Positions 1 through 14,580 of a stretch of DNA of 64,000 nt are shown piece by piece. Position 1 is the stretch's first letter, and each line of letters opens with the position of its first letter. The DNA lies in contig OX597824.1 in the NCBI GenBank assembly GCA_951406725.2, positions 16,988,001 to 17,052,000 of the forward strand, given 5' to 3'. Both the position numbers and the translations under genes were made by a program. The stretch comes from Octopus vulgaris. Its lineage: Eukaryota. Under the pieces are notes generated by a model that was given only the letters and a program-made list of their open reading frames with translations, searched no databases and was not told where the DNA came from.

Positions 1-635
1 TTAACTCAGAACGCAAAGTCGAAAGAAATGCCGCTAAACATTTATTTCTGTGGATAACGATTGTAATAGCTTGCTGTCTTATAACCTGAATTAATACTTA
101 TTTCAAATTTTCCACAGGGTCAAACTTTTCAGGGAAGGGATTAAGTGGATTACATCACCTCAGTCCTCAACTGATAATTATTTTATTGACCCCGAAAGAT
201 TAAAGGGGCTAAGCCAACCGTGGAGCAATTTGAACTCAAATACCGCAAAGGATTTTGCTTGGCGTGTTAAAGATGCTTATTTCTTTATTGCCCACAAGGG
301 GCTAAGCATAGTGGGGACAAACAAGGATAGACAAAGGGATTAAGTCGATTACATCGACCCCAGTGCGTAACTGGTACTTAATTTATCGACCCCGAAATGA
401 TGAAAGGCAAAGTCGACCTCGGTGGAATTTGAACTCAGAACGTAACGGCAGACGAAATACCTATTTCTTTACTACCCACAAGGGGCTAAACACAGTGATG
501 ACAAACAAGGACAGACAAACGGATTAAGTCGATTATATCGACCTCAGTGCGTAATTGGTACTTAATTAATCGACCTCGGCGGAATTTGAACTCAGAACGT
601 GACGACAAACGAAATGCCGCTAAGCCTTTCGACCC
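1..635 (-). mobile_element. SINE family B cluster: two younger units (278-461, 462-635) stacked on older diverged copies (1-277)
   Basis: Reverse complement matches the full copy at 42070-42303: B-box-like GAGTTCAAATTCC, central GTCGACTTTGCCTTTCATCCTTTCGGGGTCGA, tail AAAGAAATA. Confidence 0.85.
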
Positions 636-2079
636 GAAATATGTAAGAAATATTTTTCCGGTATTCTACTAAATTATTATCATCGTTCTCAGAAAGTGTA
701 ATGTTGCAGAAAATATTGTTTTACAAATGGAACTTGGTAGAAAATACGAGGTTTGTGCAAATGTGAGAAGAATCTTAAACAAAAGATGCTAACTTCCGGT
801 TAGGGTTCCTTGAGAAAACAAATATCGATATTATTTTAAGTCTATTATGTAAATTCTGAGATCAAATTTAGAATTAGCTATGGATTGTGGAATACAAATT
901 GACCAGCGAGGCACAGTATTATCTAAGAAACAAAAAAAATGAAAAATAAAATAGAAAAGAAAAAAGAGCAAACAAAAGAACGAAAGTGTCACAATAAGAT
1001 ACGACTGTCTAGAATCGTAAAAATCAAAACAGAAGCGTAATTGATGTATTTTATAAAGGCAATACACTGTAACCTGGCAACATCTCTTTTATTTATTTAG
1101 AGCCATCATTTAAATATATCCGACCACACCGGTACAAACGCAAACTTCCTTTTAAAAGCAATGTGTTTTCATCAACGGAACCTTCTTCCTATGATCCAAT
1201 TAAGGACGTCGTAAGTAGCCTATCCATAGTGTTTTAAAAGAACACTGAGCTAAGATATAAACGTTGTGGTCAGATTCGTTGCAAAGCGTAAGCGAGGACA
1301 TAAATATTGTTTACTTGCTGTCTGAATAATTTCTTTGATTTTTCGTATATTTTTCCTTCTTACTCTTGACACTATATATTCATCTCGGCATTAATATTTC
1401 ATTCCGGTAATCCTTCTTGCCATTTAATAAGCCGGTGTTGAGGAGATGATAGATAGACAGCTCCTTTGACCCGCATTATAATAAGTACAAAGCGTGGTTG
1501 CTGAACTTCAAGGAAATGCATTAAACAATGTTTTAAGGCTAAGTATGTCCAATAATTTACAGAGTCCGTAAAGACCAATGCATTAAGCTGTCCTTCCCTC
1601 GCCTTCACAATTTAGGAGTTTATATGTTATGACAAGGAGCCTGAATTCTCTATGTCCATAAGCTTACCACTTAAATCGTCTCGTCTCTATGTATACTTTA
1701 TATAGTTCCGGTTTTCTATATAAAGGTTTAAACTACTACATTTCTGCTCTATCTGGAACATATCCCTCGGCTCTTTTACAAATATGTTTCGCATTAGCTG
1801 TTGTCGTTATGGTTTGGACATTTTTATGGGATTTTTTTTTATCTGTTTTGTATGACATTATTGCTTGGTCAATTTGCTATTAATTACGCGTGGTGTTTAT
1901 AAATAAGGATTTTAATTGCTTCAATTAATGACTTAAGTGAGATTGCATTAGAAGGGCGAGAATGTATGAAAGATGTTTCTAAAAGCTTCGACAGATATAA
2001 AATATATCAGGTCAAGATCTGACTCAATGCTTCCTTCCATCACTATAAACTCACACAAACGCAAACGCAGACATGCACG

Positions 2080-2081
<2 letters not shown>

Positions 2082-2140
<59 letters not shown>

Positions 2141-2183
2141 ACACACACACACACACACATACACACATACACACACACACACA
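2082..2183. repeat. (CA)n microsatellite
   Basis: Directly visible. Confidence 0.95.
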
Positions 2184-2467
2184 TAGACATATACCCATAC
2201 ACATGTATGTATCTTGTATTTTAAATACATGTACACCAGAACATTTCCCGCATTCTTGATTCTAAATTTGTGCTTGGTTGTGCATTTTGCCGGATTAAAA
2301 GAAATAACAATAGTAATAATGGGAACATTTTTACACGAATACAGCCACGTTATTAATAAGTTCGCCAAAAAATGTTTACGAGGAATTTATTTTATTCGTT
2401 AATAATTTATCATACAGGTGGAATTAGTCATCGAATTCTTCAAATATAATGATATAAAGGAGTAAAT

Positions 2468-2720
2468 ATAAACTTAGATAAACTTAGATATGTTTCGACC
2501 AAAGATTGGTCCAGGCCATGTCTAACTTAATAGCACCACCTGATAGGATTATTCGAATCCTATTTAAGTCAAGTTTTGTTCAAGTAGTGAGTTCTTGTTG
2601 GGTGAGTTGTATCCAATTATGGGTGGCTTATCTGGTATTCTTTGAAGGAATCTATCCAGACTCTGTTTAAAGATGAAAGTTAATATGATAAACTGTTTAC
2701 TGCTATACATCTCAGGGGCC
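2468..2720 (-). mobile_element. 3' end of a decayed CR1/L2-group LINE
   Basis: Minus strand translates FIFKQSLDRFLQRIPDKPPIIGYNSPNKNSLLEQNLT*, typical of an ORF2 C-terminus. The 3' UTR reads GGTGGTGCT..CATGGCCTGGACCAATCTTTGGTCGAAAC with a short repeated tail ATCTAAGTTT. Related ends occur at 14830 and 34615. Confidence 0.7.
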
Positions 2721-3148
2721 TCGTTTCAAATATAGCTATGAAGAACATATTAGGACACTGCTCATATACCAGTGAAAGTAAGTTTTCTATTAGCAAATAA
2801 TTATCCCTGTTAGGCTTCGAAAGATGAATTGGGTGATTATTAAGAAAACCTTAGATTTGATATTTTGAAAGTGTGTGTTGTATGGGGCTGCGTCGTAAAT
2901 AATATCTTTTCCGACATTTGTTCTAAAAATCGTTCGTTTTTTTTTTAAAGAGAAAATGTAACTAAGATCATTATCATTTAATGTACAGATGAATGAGTTA
3001 AGGATGGTGAGGTGAAGAAAGATTTGGTCAACCTTCTTCTTCGGCTATATGCTAAGTAATGTGAGATTCAAACGAGGTCATCCCCGTATATAGACTTTCA
3101 CAAACGCATATATATATGTATGTATGTATATATGTATCGCTCTTTTTC

Positions 3149-3166
3149 TGTCTATCTATCTATATT

Positions 3167-3251
<85 letters not shown>

Positions 3252-3270
3252 GTACCTGTCTATCTATATA
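3149..3270. repeat. (ATCT)n microsatellite
   Basis: Directly visible. Confidence 0.95.
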
Positions 3271-3486
3271 TCTAGCTATCCATAAACTATTTATTTCCTA
3301 ATCCATGCATTTTGTGCTTGAATTTTAATTCTATAGATCTATAAATGATTTCAAACATACTATTAAGCGTTTCCCCACTCTCTAGCGCAAAGCCATCTGC
3401 TGAAAGCGCATATATGTTAAAATACCTCAGTAATTTCTTTAAAATTATTTTCTAGGTTAAGCTGATAGAAGGAGAGATCGAGCGAG

Positions 3487-3510
3487 CAGAGAGAGAGAGA
3501 GAGAAGGAGA

Positions 3511-3582
<72 letters not shown>
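3487..3582. repeat. (GA)n microsatellite
   Basis: Directly visible. Confidence 0.95.
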
Positions 3583-3585
<3 letters not shown>

Positions 3586-3760
3586 GAAAAACGGTTAAAG
3601 GGAAATATCATTGATTTTGTTTCTCCGCAGTAATACTTGATTGTACAATTAAAGGTCTTTTAATTCAGAATACCATTGTCATTGAAAGAATCACATCTAA
3701 CAACAGCCAAGAGTGAATAGGGAAAGCGCAAAATTTACACCTGAATAGGTTCTATATACA

Positions 3761-4171
3761 CGCTGTGTGGTAAGTAGCTTGTTTACCAACCACATGGTTC
3801 CGGGTTCAGTCCCACAGCGTGGCACCTTGGGCAAGTGTCTTCTACTATAGCCTCGGGCCGACCGATGCCTTGTGAGTGGATTTGGTAGAGGGAAACTGAA
3901 AGAAGCCCGTCGTATATATGTATATATATGTATGTGCGTGTATGTTTGTGTGTCTGTGTTTGTCCCCCTAGCATTGCTTTACAACCGATGCTGGTGTGTT
4001 TACGTCCCCGTCACTTAGCGGTTCGGCAAAAGAGACCGATAGAATAAGTACTGGGCTTACAAAAAGAATAAGTCCCGGGGTCGATTTGCTCGATTAAAGG
4101 CGGTGCTCCAGCATGGCCGCAGTCAAATGACTGAAACAAGTAAAAGAGTAAAAGAGTAAAAGAGTAAAAGA

Positions 4172-4172
<1 letters not shown>
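3761..4172 (+). mobile_element. SINE family A (tRNA-derived), near full length
   Basis: A-box-like GCTGTGTGG, B-box-like GGGTTCAGTCC, internal TA/TG microsatellite, 3' end GGCGGTGCTCCAGCATGGCCGCAGTCAAATGACTGAAAC plus (AGTAAAAG)n tail. At least 8 full or partial copies in the window. Confidence 0.92.
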
Positions 4173-4880
<708 letters not shown>

Positions 4881-5498
4881 ATCTGTGTATCTACACATGC
4901 ACACACTCACACACATACACACACACGCACGAACACACACACATTGAATTCACTCCAACCAAAGTTTGTAGTTATTTAATGTTATCGAAATTCGCGCGTG
5001 TATATTTTATGTTTCGCACAGCCTACCGTATTAAAACATCATATTTATATACTAATCTGTTTCCAATATTTATTCACTGTACACCAAACAGGGAACAAGA
5101 ACAATACCAGACAAAACCATCGTATCACCACGTATCTCCCTTTAGCTAATTCACTAACGCATAATATATCAAACATGAAACCCTAACCGATAAATTTCAC
5201 ACGCTGTGATTCTATCCCTCATCCCCTGACTTGGCGTGTCTTGCTCTCTTATCTTCAAAATATGGAATATCAAGAGGGACAAAACACAATCGCGTCAGTG
5301 GACTAAGATGTCTCGGGGGCTGTTGCTTCTACAGTTGACCTGTCTTTGACACTCTACATGGGACCACAGATCAGGAATAAATTATATATGAATATATGCA
5401 TATGGGCATGTGGGTGTATGGGTGTGTCTATGTATGTATGTGTGATGTATGTGTGTGTATGTATCTAACCAATATATACATACATACACACACACACA

Positions 5499-5532
<34 letters not shown>

Positions 5533-5533
5533 T

Positions 5534-5564
<31 letters not shown>

Positions 5565-5574
5565 GGGCGGCGAT

Positions 5575-5673
5575 TAAAGGGAAGAAGGTGAAAGACGAGG
5601 AAGAAAATGATGAAGTGAAAGAAAAGAAGACAAAGAAGGAGAAGAAGAGGAAGAAGGGGAAGAGAAGGGGATT

Positions 5674-5716
<43 letters not shown>

Positions 5717-6330
5717 ATGAAGACGAAATGGAAGAAGAAAGAAGATGGCGAAGAAAAAGAAAAAGAAAGAAGAGGAAGAAGAAGAAGAAGAAGAAAAGAG
5801 AAGACGAATAGGAAGAAGAATGAGGAGGAGGAGGAGAAGAAGAAGAAGAAGAAGAAGAAGAAGAAGAAGAAGAAAAAGAAGAAGAAGAAGAAGAGGAAGA
5901 AGAAGAAGAAGAAAAAGAAAGAAAATAGAAGAAGAAGAGGAAGAAGAAGAAGAAAAAGAAAAAGAAAGAAAGAAGAAAGAAAGAAGAGGAAGAAGAAGAG
6001 ATGAAGGGGAAGACGGTGTTGGTGATTATAATGATTATGGTGATGAAGCACGCATGATAAGGAAGAAGAAAGAGGAAAAAAAATAAAGGAAAAGAAGAAA
6101 AGAATTTGTAAAAGAAGAATAAGAAAAACAAACAAAAGAAAGAAGAAGGAGAAACAGGTGCGGAACGAGAAGAGGAAAAAAAAAAACAAAAAAAAATGTT
6201 AGAATGTCGGTGACGAACGCAACCAGGAGAGAGAAACAGTGAAGCCAATAACGAAGAAATAGAAGAGAAGAGGAAGATGGACAGAGAAGCGGGTGGTGGT
6301 GGTGGTGGTGGTAGTGATGGTGGTGGTGGG
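5575..6330. repeat. (GAA)n/(GTA)n/(GGT)n compound low-complexity tract
   Basis: Directly visible; the source of the poly-K/E/R/F/S ORFs. Confidence 0.95.
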
Positions 6331-6479
6331 TCAATTAGGTGATGGTCAAATAATTTGGTGAAGGAAAAGAAAAGAGAGTGATATGAAGAGAGCATTGTCT
6401 GTTGGGGGCTGCGATAACGCTTTCAGATATCGGTGTTGCTTGCGGACGTGTGGTTGTGGGGCGTGGTTGTAGTTTAATG

Positions 6480-7680
<1,201 letters not shown>

Positions 7681-8074
7681 TACAGTCTGTGCGACGGTGA
7701 CAGAAGTGGTGATAGAGTTTCTCGCAGAGGTAGTTGTGATGGTGGTAATGGTGACAAAGTGGAACATTTCTGATGGATGTCGAGAGCGGCAAATTGTGAC
7801 GCTTTCTGTTCCTTTTTTTTTTTTCTTTATGTAATTATTTTTACGAAGATAAGCAAGACAAATATGATTGTCACAACAACACGAACCATAACAACAACAC
7901 CAACAACATCACCATGAACGCAAACGCAAATAATTATTTATTCTGGTCCTATGTTCTAGAAATAGCGGTCAAAATCCTGTTGGTCCCCTACCGTAGTACT
8001 GCCAATGTACTCACTAGAGTTGTTCTAGATAATATTTATATATACATTCAAACATACATACAGACATAAGTATA

Positions 8075-8617
8075 TTGGGTTGTCCGGAAAGTTCGTGCCG
8101 ATTTATAGTAGCTTACATTTAGACTCATTTTAGAACATGGTTGAGTCCATAAAATAGGATTTGACTACACCTCCATGTAGAGCACAGTTTAAGCTATCTT
8201 TTCGTGGAAGAAGGTTCATGTTCCTATAACCTGAGTAACCCTTTAAAATGGAAGATAAGAAAGTTCATTTTCAGCGCTTGATGCTTTGGGAACCAGACAA
8301 AAATTGCTGCAGCTCGGCTCACCCTCCATATTCACCAGATATTGCTCCTTCGGATTTCAACTTATTCAGGTCTCTGCAGAATAGTCTTAATGATAAAAAT
8401 TTCAATTCCTTAGATGACGTAAAAAGATACCTTGATGAATTCTTTGCCATGAAACTACCTCAATTCTGGGAAGAGGATATTTTCAAGGTAAAAGAAAGAT
8501 GGAGACGCATTGTGCAACAAAATCGTTCATATTTGGTTGATTAAAAATGTAATGGCAAGCATTTATTGACCTTTTTCTTTCTTTTAAAAATCGGTACGAA
8601 CTTTCCGGACAACCAAA
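8075..8617 (+). mobile_element. Internally deleted mariner (family 1)
   Basis: TIRs TTGGGTTGTCCGGAAAGTTCGTGCCGATTT / AAATCGGTACGAACTTTCCGGACAACCAAA with TA on both sides; ORF contains HPPYSPDIAPSDF. Confidence 0.95.
8248..8544 (+). pseudogene. Truncated mariner transposase ORF (N-terminal 15 aa fused to the C-terminus)
   Basis: MEDKKVHFQRLMLWE...HPPYSPDIAPSDFNLFRSLQNSL...ERWRRIVQQN. The HTH, WVPHEL and first two catalytic Asp regions are missing. Confidence 0.9.
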
Positions 8618-8943
8618 TATATATTATTGTGTGTTGGGACGGTTACTACGTCAATAATGTAAAACGTATGCAGTGCCGCCTATCACTTCTTCATTGTTAG
8701 AGTATTGTTTAAATATCTTCAAACTAATCGATCATTTTTATGATGTTCTGGTTAAACAATCAATCGGTTATTTGGTTGTCAGTCCTGAACCAATTTTCTA
8801 ACAGTAACGAAGTGATAATAGACCAGTGCGAGTGTTAATTGTTACTGGTGTAATGATGCTCCCAAGATACTAGATTTGTTTCAACACACGAATTCCAATT
8901 AGCAATTTTGAAACGCTGATACGAAAACGAAGAAATTATATAG

Positions 8944-8991
8944 GTAGATAGATTGATAGATAGGTAGATAGATAGAAAGATAGATAGATAT

Positions 8992-9044
<53 letters not shown>

Positions 9045-9069
9045 CAGACAGGCAGACAGATAGTGGATG

Positions 9070-9128
<59 letters not shown>

Positions 9129-9129
9129 G

Positions 9130-9160
<31 letters not shown>

Positions 9161-9185
9161 TGATAGATAGACAGACAGATAGATA
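8944..9185. repeat. (AGAT)n microsatellite
   Basis: Directly visible. Confidence 0.95.
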
Positions 9186-9261
9186 AGAAGAGTACAACAA
9201 ACTTGGCGTAGAGAGCGGAGAATCCAATAACAGCCGTTTCCCCGGGAGGTATGAGACTTGG

Positions 9262-9307
<46 letters not shown>

Positions 9308-9389
9308 TATATATATATTGATAAAAACGCTAAGACAACAACAGAAAGAAAGATACCTCAATATTGTGTAAATAGAGGAATTTATTTGG

Positions 9390-9446
<57 letters not shown>

Positions 9447-9852
9447 GTAAAATATGAAAAATCAACGAAACTGCATATTGCAGATAGAAAAAGGCTATTT
9501 ATGACATGTAGTGACAGATATATACATTTAGATTGACTCAGGTAGAAATACGAGTCATAAAGGTCATCATTATGAGATGATTATAAGATGTTAATAATAA
9601 TAAAGTAAGAGAACAAAACGAACCAACTGGTTTACGCGTAGGCTATTCATCGTTTGAACAACACCGGTTAATATACGGTGTCAGGACTATATATATATAG
9701 ATATATATGAGGTAAGAGGATGGGGCTGAGGGTATGTCCACACTGCTACTGAAAACTATGACATACATACACACATGCACACAAACAAAGATATACACCT
9801 TAGAAGAGCAGAATAGAGTAAGTGGAGCAAGAACACACTCGAAATCGAAAAG

Positions 9853-9897
9853 TGTCGCTGAAGAGGTCACAAATGTGTGACGAAAGATTTCCGAACA
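9853..9897 (+). ncRNA. Candidate minimal type I hammerhead ribozyme (PLE-type)
   Basis: TGTCG-CTGAAGA-G-GTCAC(AAATGT)GTGAC-GAAA-GATTT-C-CGAACA. It has an intact CUGAnGA/GAAA core, a 5-bp stem II, a loopless near-palindromic stem III (AGATTT) and stem I TGTCG/CGA(A)CA. Predicted cleavage is after 9891. Confidence 0.65.
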
Positions 9898-10003
9898 ATG
9901 GACATCAGTTGAAATAATAAAGTAAGAATAGTAATTATCGAGCGAAGGAAAAAATATATAGTGCGTGTGTTTATTTGTTAAAAAAATATGACATTCCCGA
10001 AAT

Positions 10004-10062
<59 letters not shown>

Positions 10063-10411
10063 ATATATAAGGTATCATTGCTATGATGTACGAGAGAACA
10101 TAACTCAAGGGCTTTCTGTAAATATAATCTTAATGGTGTAAGAGTTTACTGTGTACTAGTTACAGAACATAATCTAGTACCCCTCGAGGTTCCACATGCC
10201 TCAACATTAGACTATTTTGTATAGACAATTTACGGCGAACGCTTATAACCTTAAGCGTGTAATAATAGTTACAGAATTTTCACTCGTCATCGTCTCTTAA
10301 ATGAGCAAAGATCAAGTTTTTTCTTTGTTATTTACTGAAGAAACATCGTGTATTACAATGTTTGTAAACTAAGTGTGTCATTCTTAGATATAGAAAGGGA
10401 CAAGTGTATAT

Positions 10412-10635
10412 AGGCATAGGAGTGACTGTGTGGTAAGTAGCTTGCTTACGAACCACATGGTTCTGGGTTCAGTCCCACTGCGTGGCACCTTGGGCAAGTG
10501 TCTTCTACTATAGCCTCGGGCCGACCAAATCCTTGTGAGTAGATTTGGTAGGCGGAAACTGAAAGAAGCTCGACGTCTATATATATAAGTTAACCACCAT
10601 CGGTTGTCAAGTGATGTTTGGGGAACAAGCACAAG

Positions 10636-10713
<78 letters not shown>

Positions 10714-10846
10714 GCCTCGGGCCGACCAAATCCTTATGAGTGGATTTGATAGGCGGAAACTGAAAGAAGCTCGTCGTATATATATACGCCTATCAAATCA
10801 GTTTCCGCCTATCAAATCCACTCATAAGGATTTGGTCGGCCCGAGG

Positions 10847-10850
<4 letters not shown>
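10412..10850 (+). mobile_element. Rearranged SINE family A with a strand switch and a fold-back duplication
   Basis: 5' half of SINE A (10412-10580), then a minus-strand SINE A piece (~10587-10640), then a perfect inverted repeat of a SINE A segment (~10710-10763 vs ~10799-10850). Confidence 0.85.
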
Positions 10851-10879
<29 letters not shown>

Positions 10880-10883
<4 letters not shown>

Positions 10884-11722
10884 AATTAAGGACTGAACAC
10901 GAAAAAGTGGACAGTCTTCATGCTAGATATAGACGTCAAATCGCCATTCTCCACAAAAGATTATGTTCTCAGATCAAACTCAACACCAACCCAAGCAATA
11001 AACAAGTGAAAATATACGAAAAACAATACTCATCCATAGGTACTGAATCAGTTTCGACTATTATTATCCGTAAGGATACCCGTAGTCATCGTCAGCATGG
11101 CCGATATGAATGAAATCTGCTGAACTAGATGCAAAAACGATACCGGAGTATCATCATGTGCGTAAAGTTCAACCAATTACATTCGAATGTGCATTTCAAA
11201 TGTCTTTCACTTTGGCGCGTTGAGACCCGAAGAAAATAGCCTGCAGCTAATAATTAGCAGCAGTCAATTTATCGGTTAGAGAACATAGTTATTTTTTTAT
11301 AGAATTAATTAAGGGTAGAAATCAATATTTATCAATTAAAACCAGTGGTCTAGCATATTAAAAAAAGAATCCGAAGATTAAATATTTATATATACCAATT
11401 ATATATATATATATATATATATATACCAATTAAGGACTGAACACGAAAAGTGGACAGTCAACATGCTAGATATAGACGTCAAATCGTCATTCTCCACAAA
11501 AGATTATGTTCTCAGATCAAACTCAACTTGTGTTTTGTGTTGAGTTTGATCTGAGAACATAATCTTTTGTGGAGAATGACGATTTGACGTCTATATCTAG
11601 CATGTTGACTGTCCACTTTTCGTGTTCAGTCCTTAATTGTATATATAAATATTTTAATTCGGATTCTTTTTTAATATGCTAGACCACTGGTCTTAATTGA
11701 TAAATATCAATTTCTACCCTTA

Positions 11723-11729
<7 letters not shown>
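10880..11729 (-). mobile_element. PLE pseudo-LTR / retrozyme-like unit in tandem plus inverted arrangement
   Basis: A ~520-bp unit starts and ends with ATACCAATT and restarts at 11427. Perfect 101-bp inverted arms at 11427-11527 and 11539-11639 are extended by diverged outer arms (11303-11395 vs 11640-11729). It contains a hammerhead motif and is flanked by (TA)n. Confidence 0.7.
11034..11100 (-). ncRNA. Candidate minimal type I hammerhead ribozyme
   Basis: Minus strand: CCATG-CTGACGA-T-GACTA[CGGG-TATCC(TTAC)GGATA-ATAA]TAGTC-GAAA-CTGA(T)TCAG-TA-CCTATGG. Stem III is palindromic with a 1-nt loop; stem I is imperfect. Confidence 0.6.
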
Positions 11730-11789
<60 letters not shown>

Positions 11790-11854
11790 ATATATGTATA
11801 TATGATATATATATATATATATATATAAAATGCCAAACGTGTTGAAATATTACT

Positions 11855-12050
11855 CTCTCTCTTTACTTGTTTCAGTCATTTGACTGCGGCCATGCTGTAG
11901 CACCGCCTTTAGACGAGCAAATCAACCCCAGGATTTATTTTTTGTAAGCCTAGTACTCATTCTATCGATCATTTTTGCCGAACCGCTAAGTTAACCACCA
12001 TCGGTTGTTAAGTGATGTTGGGGGGACAAGCACAAACATATACACACACA
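11855..12050 (-). mobile_element. SINE family A 3' half, whose tail plus flank is duplicated in inverted orientation at 12060-12112
   Basis: Matches the SINE A 3' end; 11827-11879 is the reverse complement of 12060-12112. Confidence 0.85.
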
Positions 12051-12308
12051 TATATATATATGACTGAAACAAGTAAAGAGAGAGAGTAATATTTCAACAC
12101 GTTTGGCATTTTGTGCAGCAGCTGTATACCACATGAATATCTCCTAATACTTTGCTTATGAATCCAATAACATTGGCGATTAAATTAAACGGGATAGTCC
12201 AATTTGCATATTTACTATTCTCGTAGCAGCGAGTTTGAAAAGACCATTACTTGTGATGGAAAACTGTTCCCTGTACTTGCCCTATTTTTCTATAAAATAC
12301 ATCTATAC

Positions 12309-12527
12309 CAGTTGTTTTCAACCAAGGTTCCGCGGAACCTCAGGGTTCCGCCAGTACAGTGCAGGGGTTCCGCAAGAAGTTACAAAACTGCTAAAATCGG
12401 CAGTAATTTTTAAGTCTCCTGTGCAGATATATGTGCATAAGACTATTAAATTATTGCACGGGGGTTCCTCGAGCCAGTGGAATGTTTCCTTGGGGTTCCG
12501 CTCCAGCAAAAAGTTTGAAAAGCACTT
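12309..12527. mobile_element. hAT-superfamily MITE
   Basis: TIRs CAGTTGTTTTCAACC / AGTTTGAAAAGCACTT, repeated subterminal GGGTTCC motifs, and a perfect 8-bp TSD ATCTATAC (12301-12308, 12528-12535). Confidence 0.9.
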
Positions 12528-12589
12528 ATCTATACTGTTTGCGTCTGGGGAGAGTCAAGATAAGGCACAAAAAGAAAATTACTCTCCTC

Positions 12590-12690
12590 AGACAAAACAG
12601 AATATGCTTCAGCACACGAACTCACATAAAGAATCTTGCAAACCAAATCCAAAATGGAAATACATCTATAAGTTAATTTCTTTTTAGCCA
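12590..12690. repeat. Unclassified dispersed repeat fragment
   Basis: 12615-12655 is the reverse complement of a diverged piece at ~24892-24934. Confidence 0.5.
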
Positions 12691-12872
12691 TAGTACGTGT
12701 TATGGTGATTGTATATAATTCTTAGTACACTGCAACCGCCATCCCCTCCTCGTATCTGTTTGAGAATATTTATACAAACAGACATACATACATACATTTA
12801 TACATACATGTATATGCGTATATATATATATATATATATGCGTGTATTCACACATGTATGTATATATGTATG

Positions 12873-12908
<36 letters not shown>

Positions 12909-13202
12909 TACTTACAAACGCATATACTTGCATGCATGTATGTATATATGTGCGTATGTGCTTGCATGTGTGCATGTGCAGTTGTGTCAGTCTGTGTGTC
13001 TATAAAGAAATAAATGGTGAGACTTGAGTTCGGAGCTGTTAATTAAATGAAGTGTAAAAAATAGGTCAGTGGCTGAGAGAAACAAGTGTCAAAATCTCGA
13101 CTAATCTTCCGCAAAAATATCAGATAATAACAACATTTATAAGTGCCTGGGCCATCGATCATGCGACAAACTCCCTTCATATTCCTGTTGGTTTTCTAAA
13201 TG

Positions 13203-13239
<37 letters not shown>

Positions 13240-13266
13240 GCGTGCGCAGATAAGCACGTAAATGTG

Positions 13267-13305
<39 letters not shown>

Positions 13306-13364
13306 AAATAGATGCACATCTGTATATATGTATATATATTAAAATACACACACACATATAAATA

Positions 13365-13422
<58 letters not shown>

Positions 13423-13432
13423 TACAAGCACA

Positions 13433-13469
<37 letters not shown>

Positions 13470-14137
13470 AAATACATGCACATCTGTATGTATATATATG
13501 TGTGTGTATATGTGTGTGGGAGTGAGTGTGGGTTTGTGTATGTATGTATGCGTGCGTACGTGTGTGCATGTATATTTAATTAGTTTAAATACATGCATAG
13601 TTCATGTCGCCTTCACAAACATTTAGATACAGATGCACGCGCTGATTTTTACAAGACGAATATACAGCATGCATATACATAAATTTACACGGGCGTACAC
13701 ACATGCATCTCTACATGTTCATCCATATATACATACATACATACATACATACATACACAGATATATGTATATATACACACACAGACATACACACATCCGT
13801 CTGTACAACATGCATACATACATGTGTATGATTGTACATTTTAGATCCTGGACTGCATCAATATATCAGAGAGATAATCAAGTTAGGTTAGTCTCAGCAA
13901 TTTCGTGCTAGAGCAATCGACGGACATGCCAGTAAGTCGCTATACTGACCGGACCAGTGGAGTCCACATTCATCTAAGTGGAAATAAAAAATGAAGGCAA
14001 ATAACGGCGAGAAGTCATGTCTTTTAAGTTTTACAAAATAAATTCTGACAATCTAATTAGTCTTGTTCCCGTTTTGTTTTTTGAGGTCAACAGAAATCGA
14101 TATCTTACTGTCGCGTGTATAACAAAGCAGCGTCTTG

Positions 14138-14580
<443 letters not shown>

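Noticed and set aside
12204-12687. Overlapping ORFs up to 150 aa
   Set aside because: They run across the hAT MITE and an adjacent repeat fragment and contain no transposase motifs.
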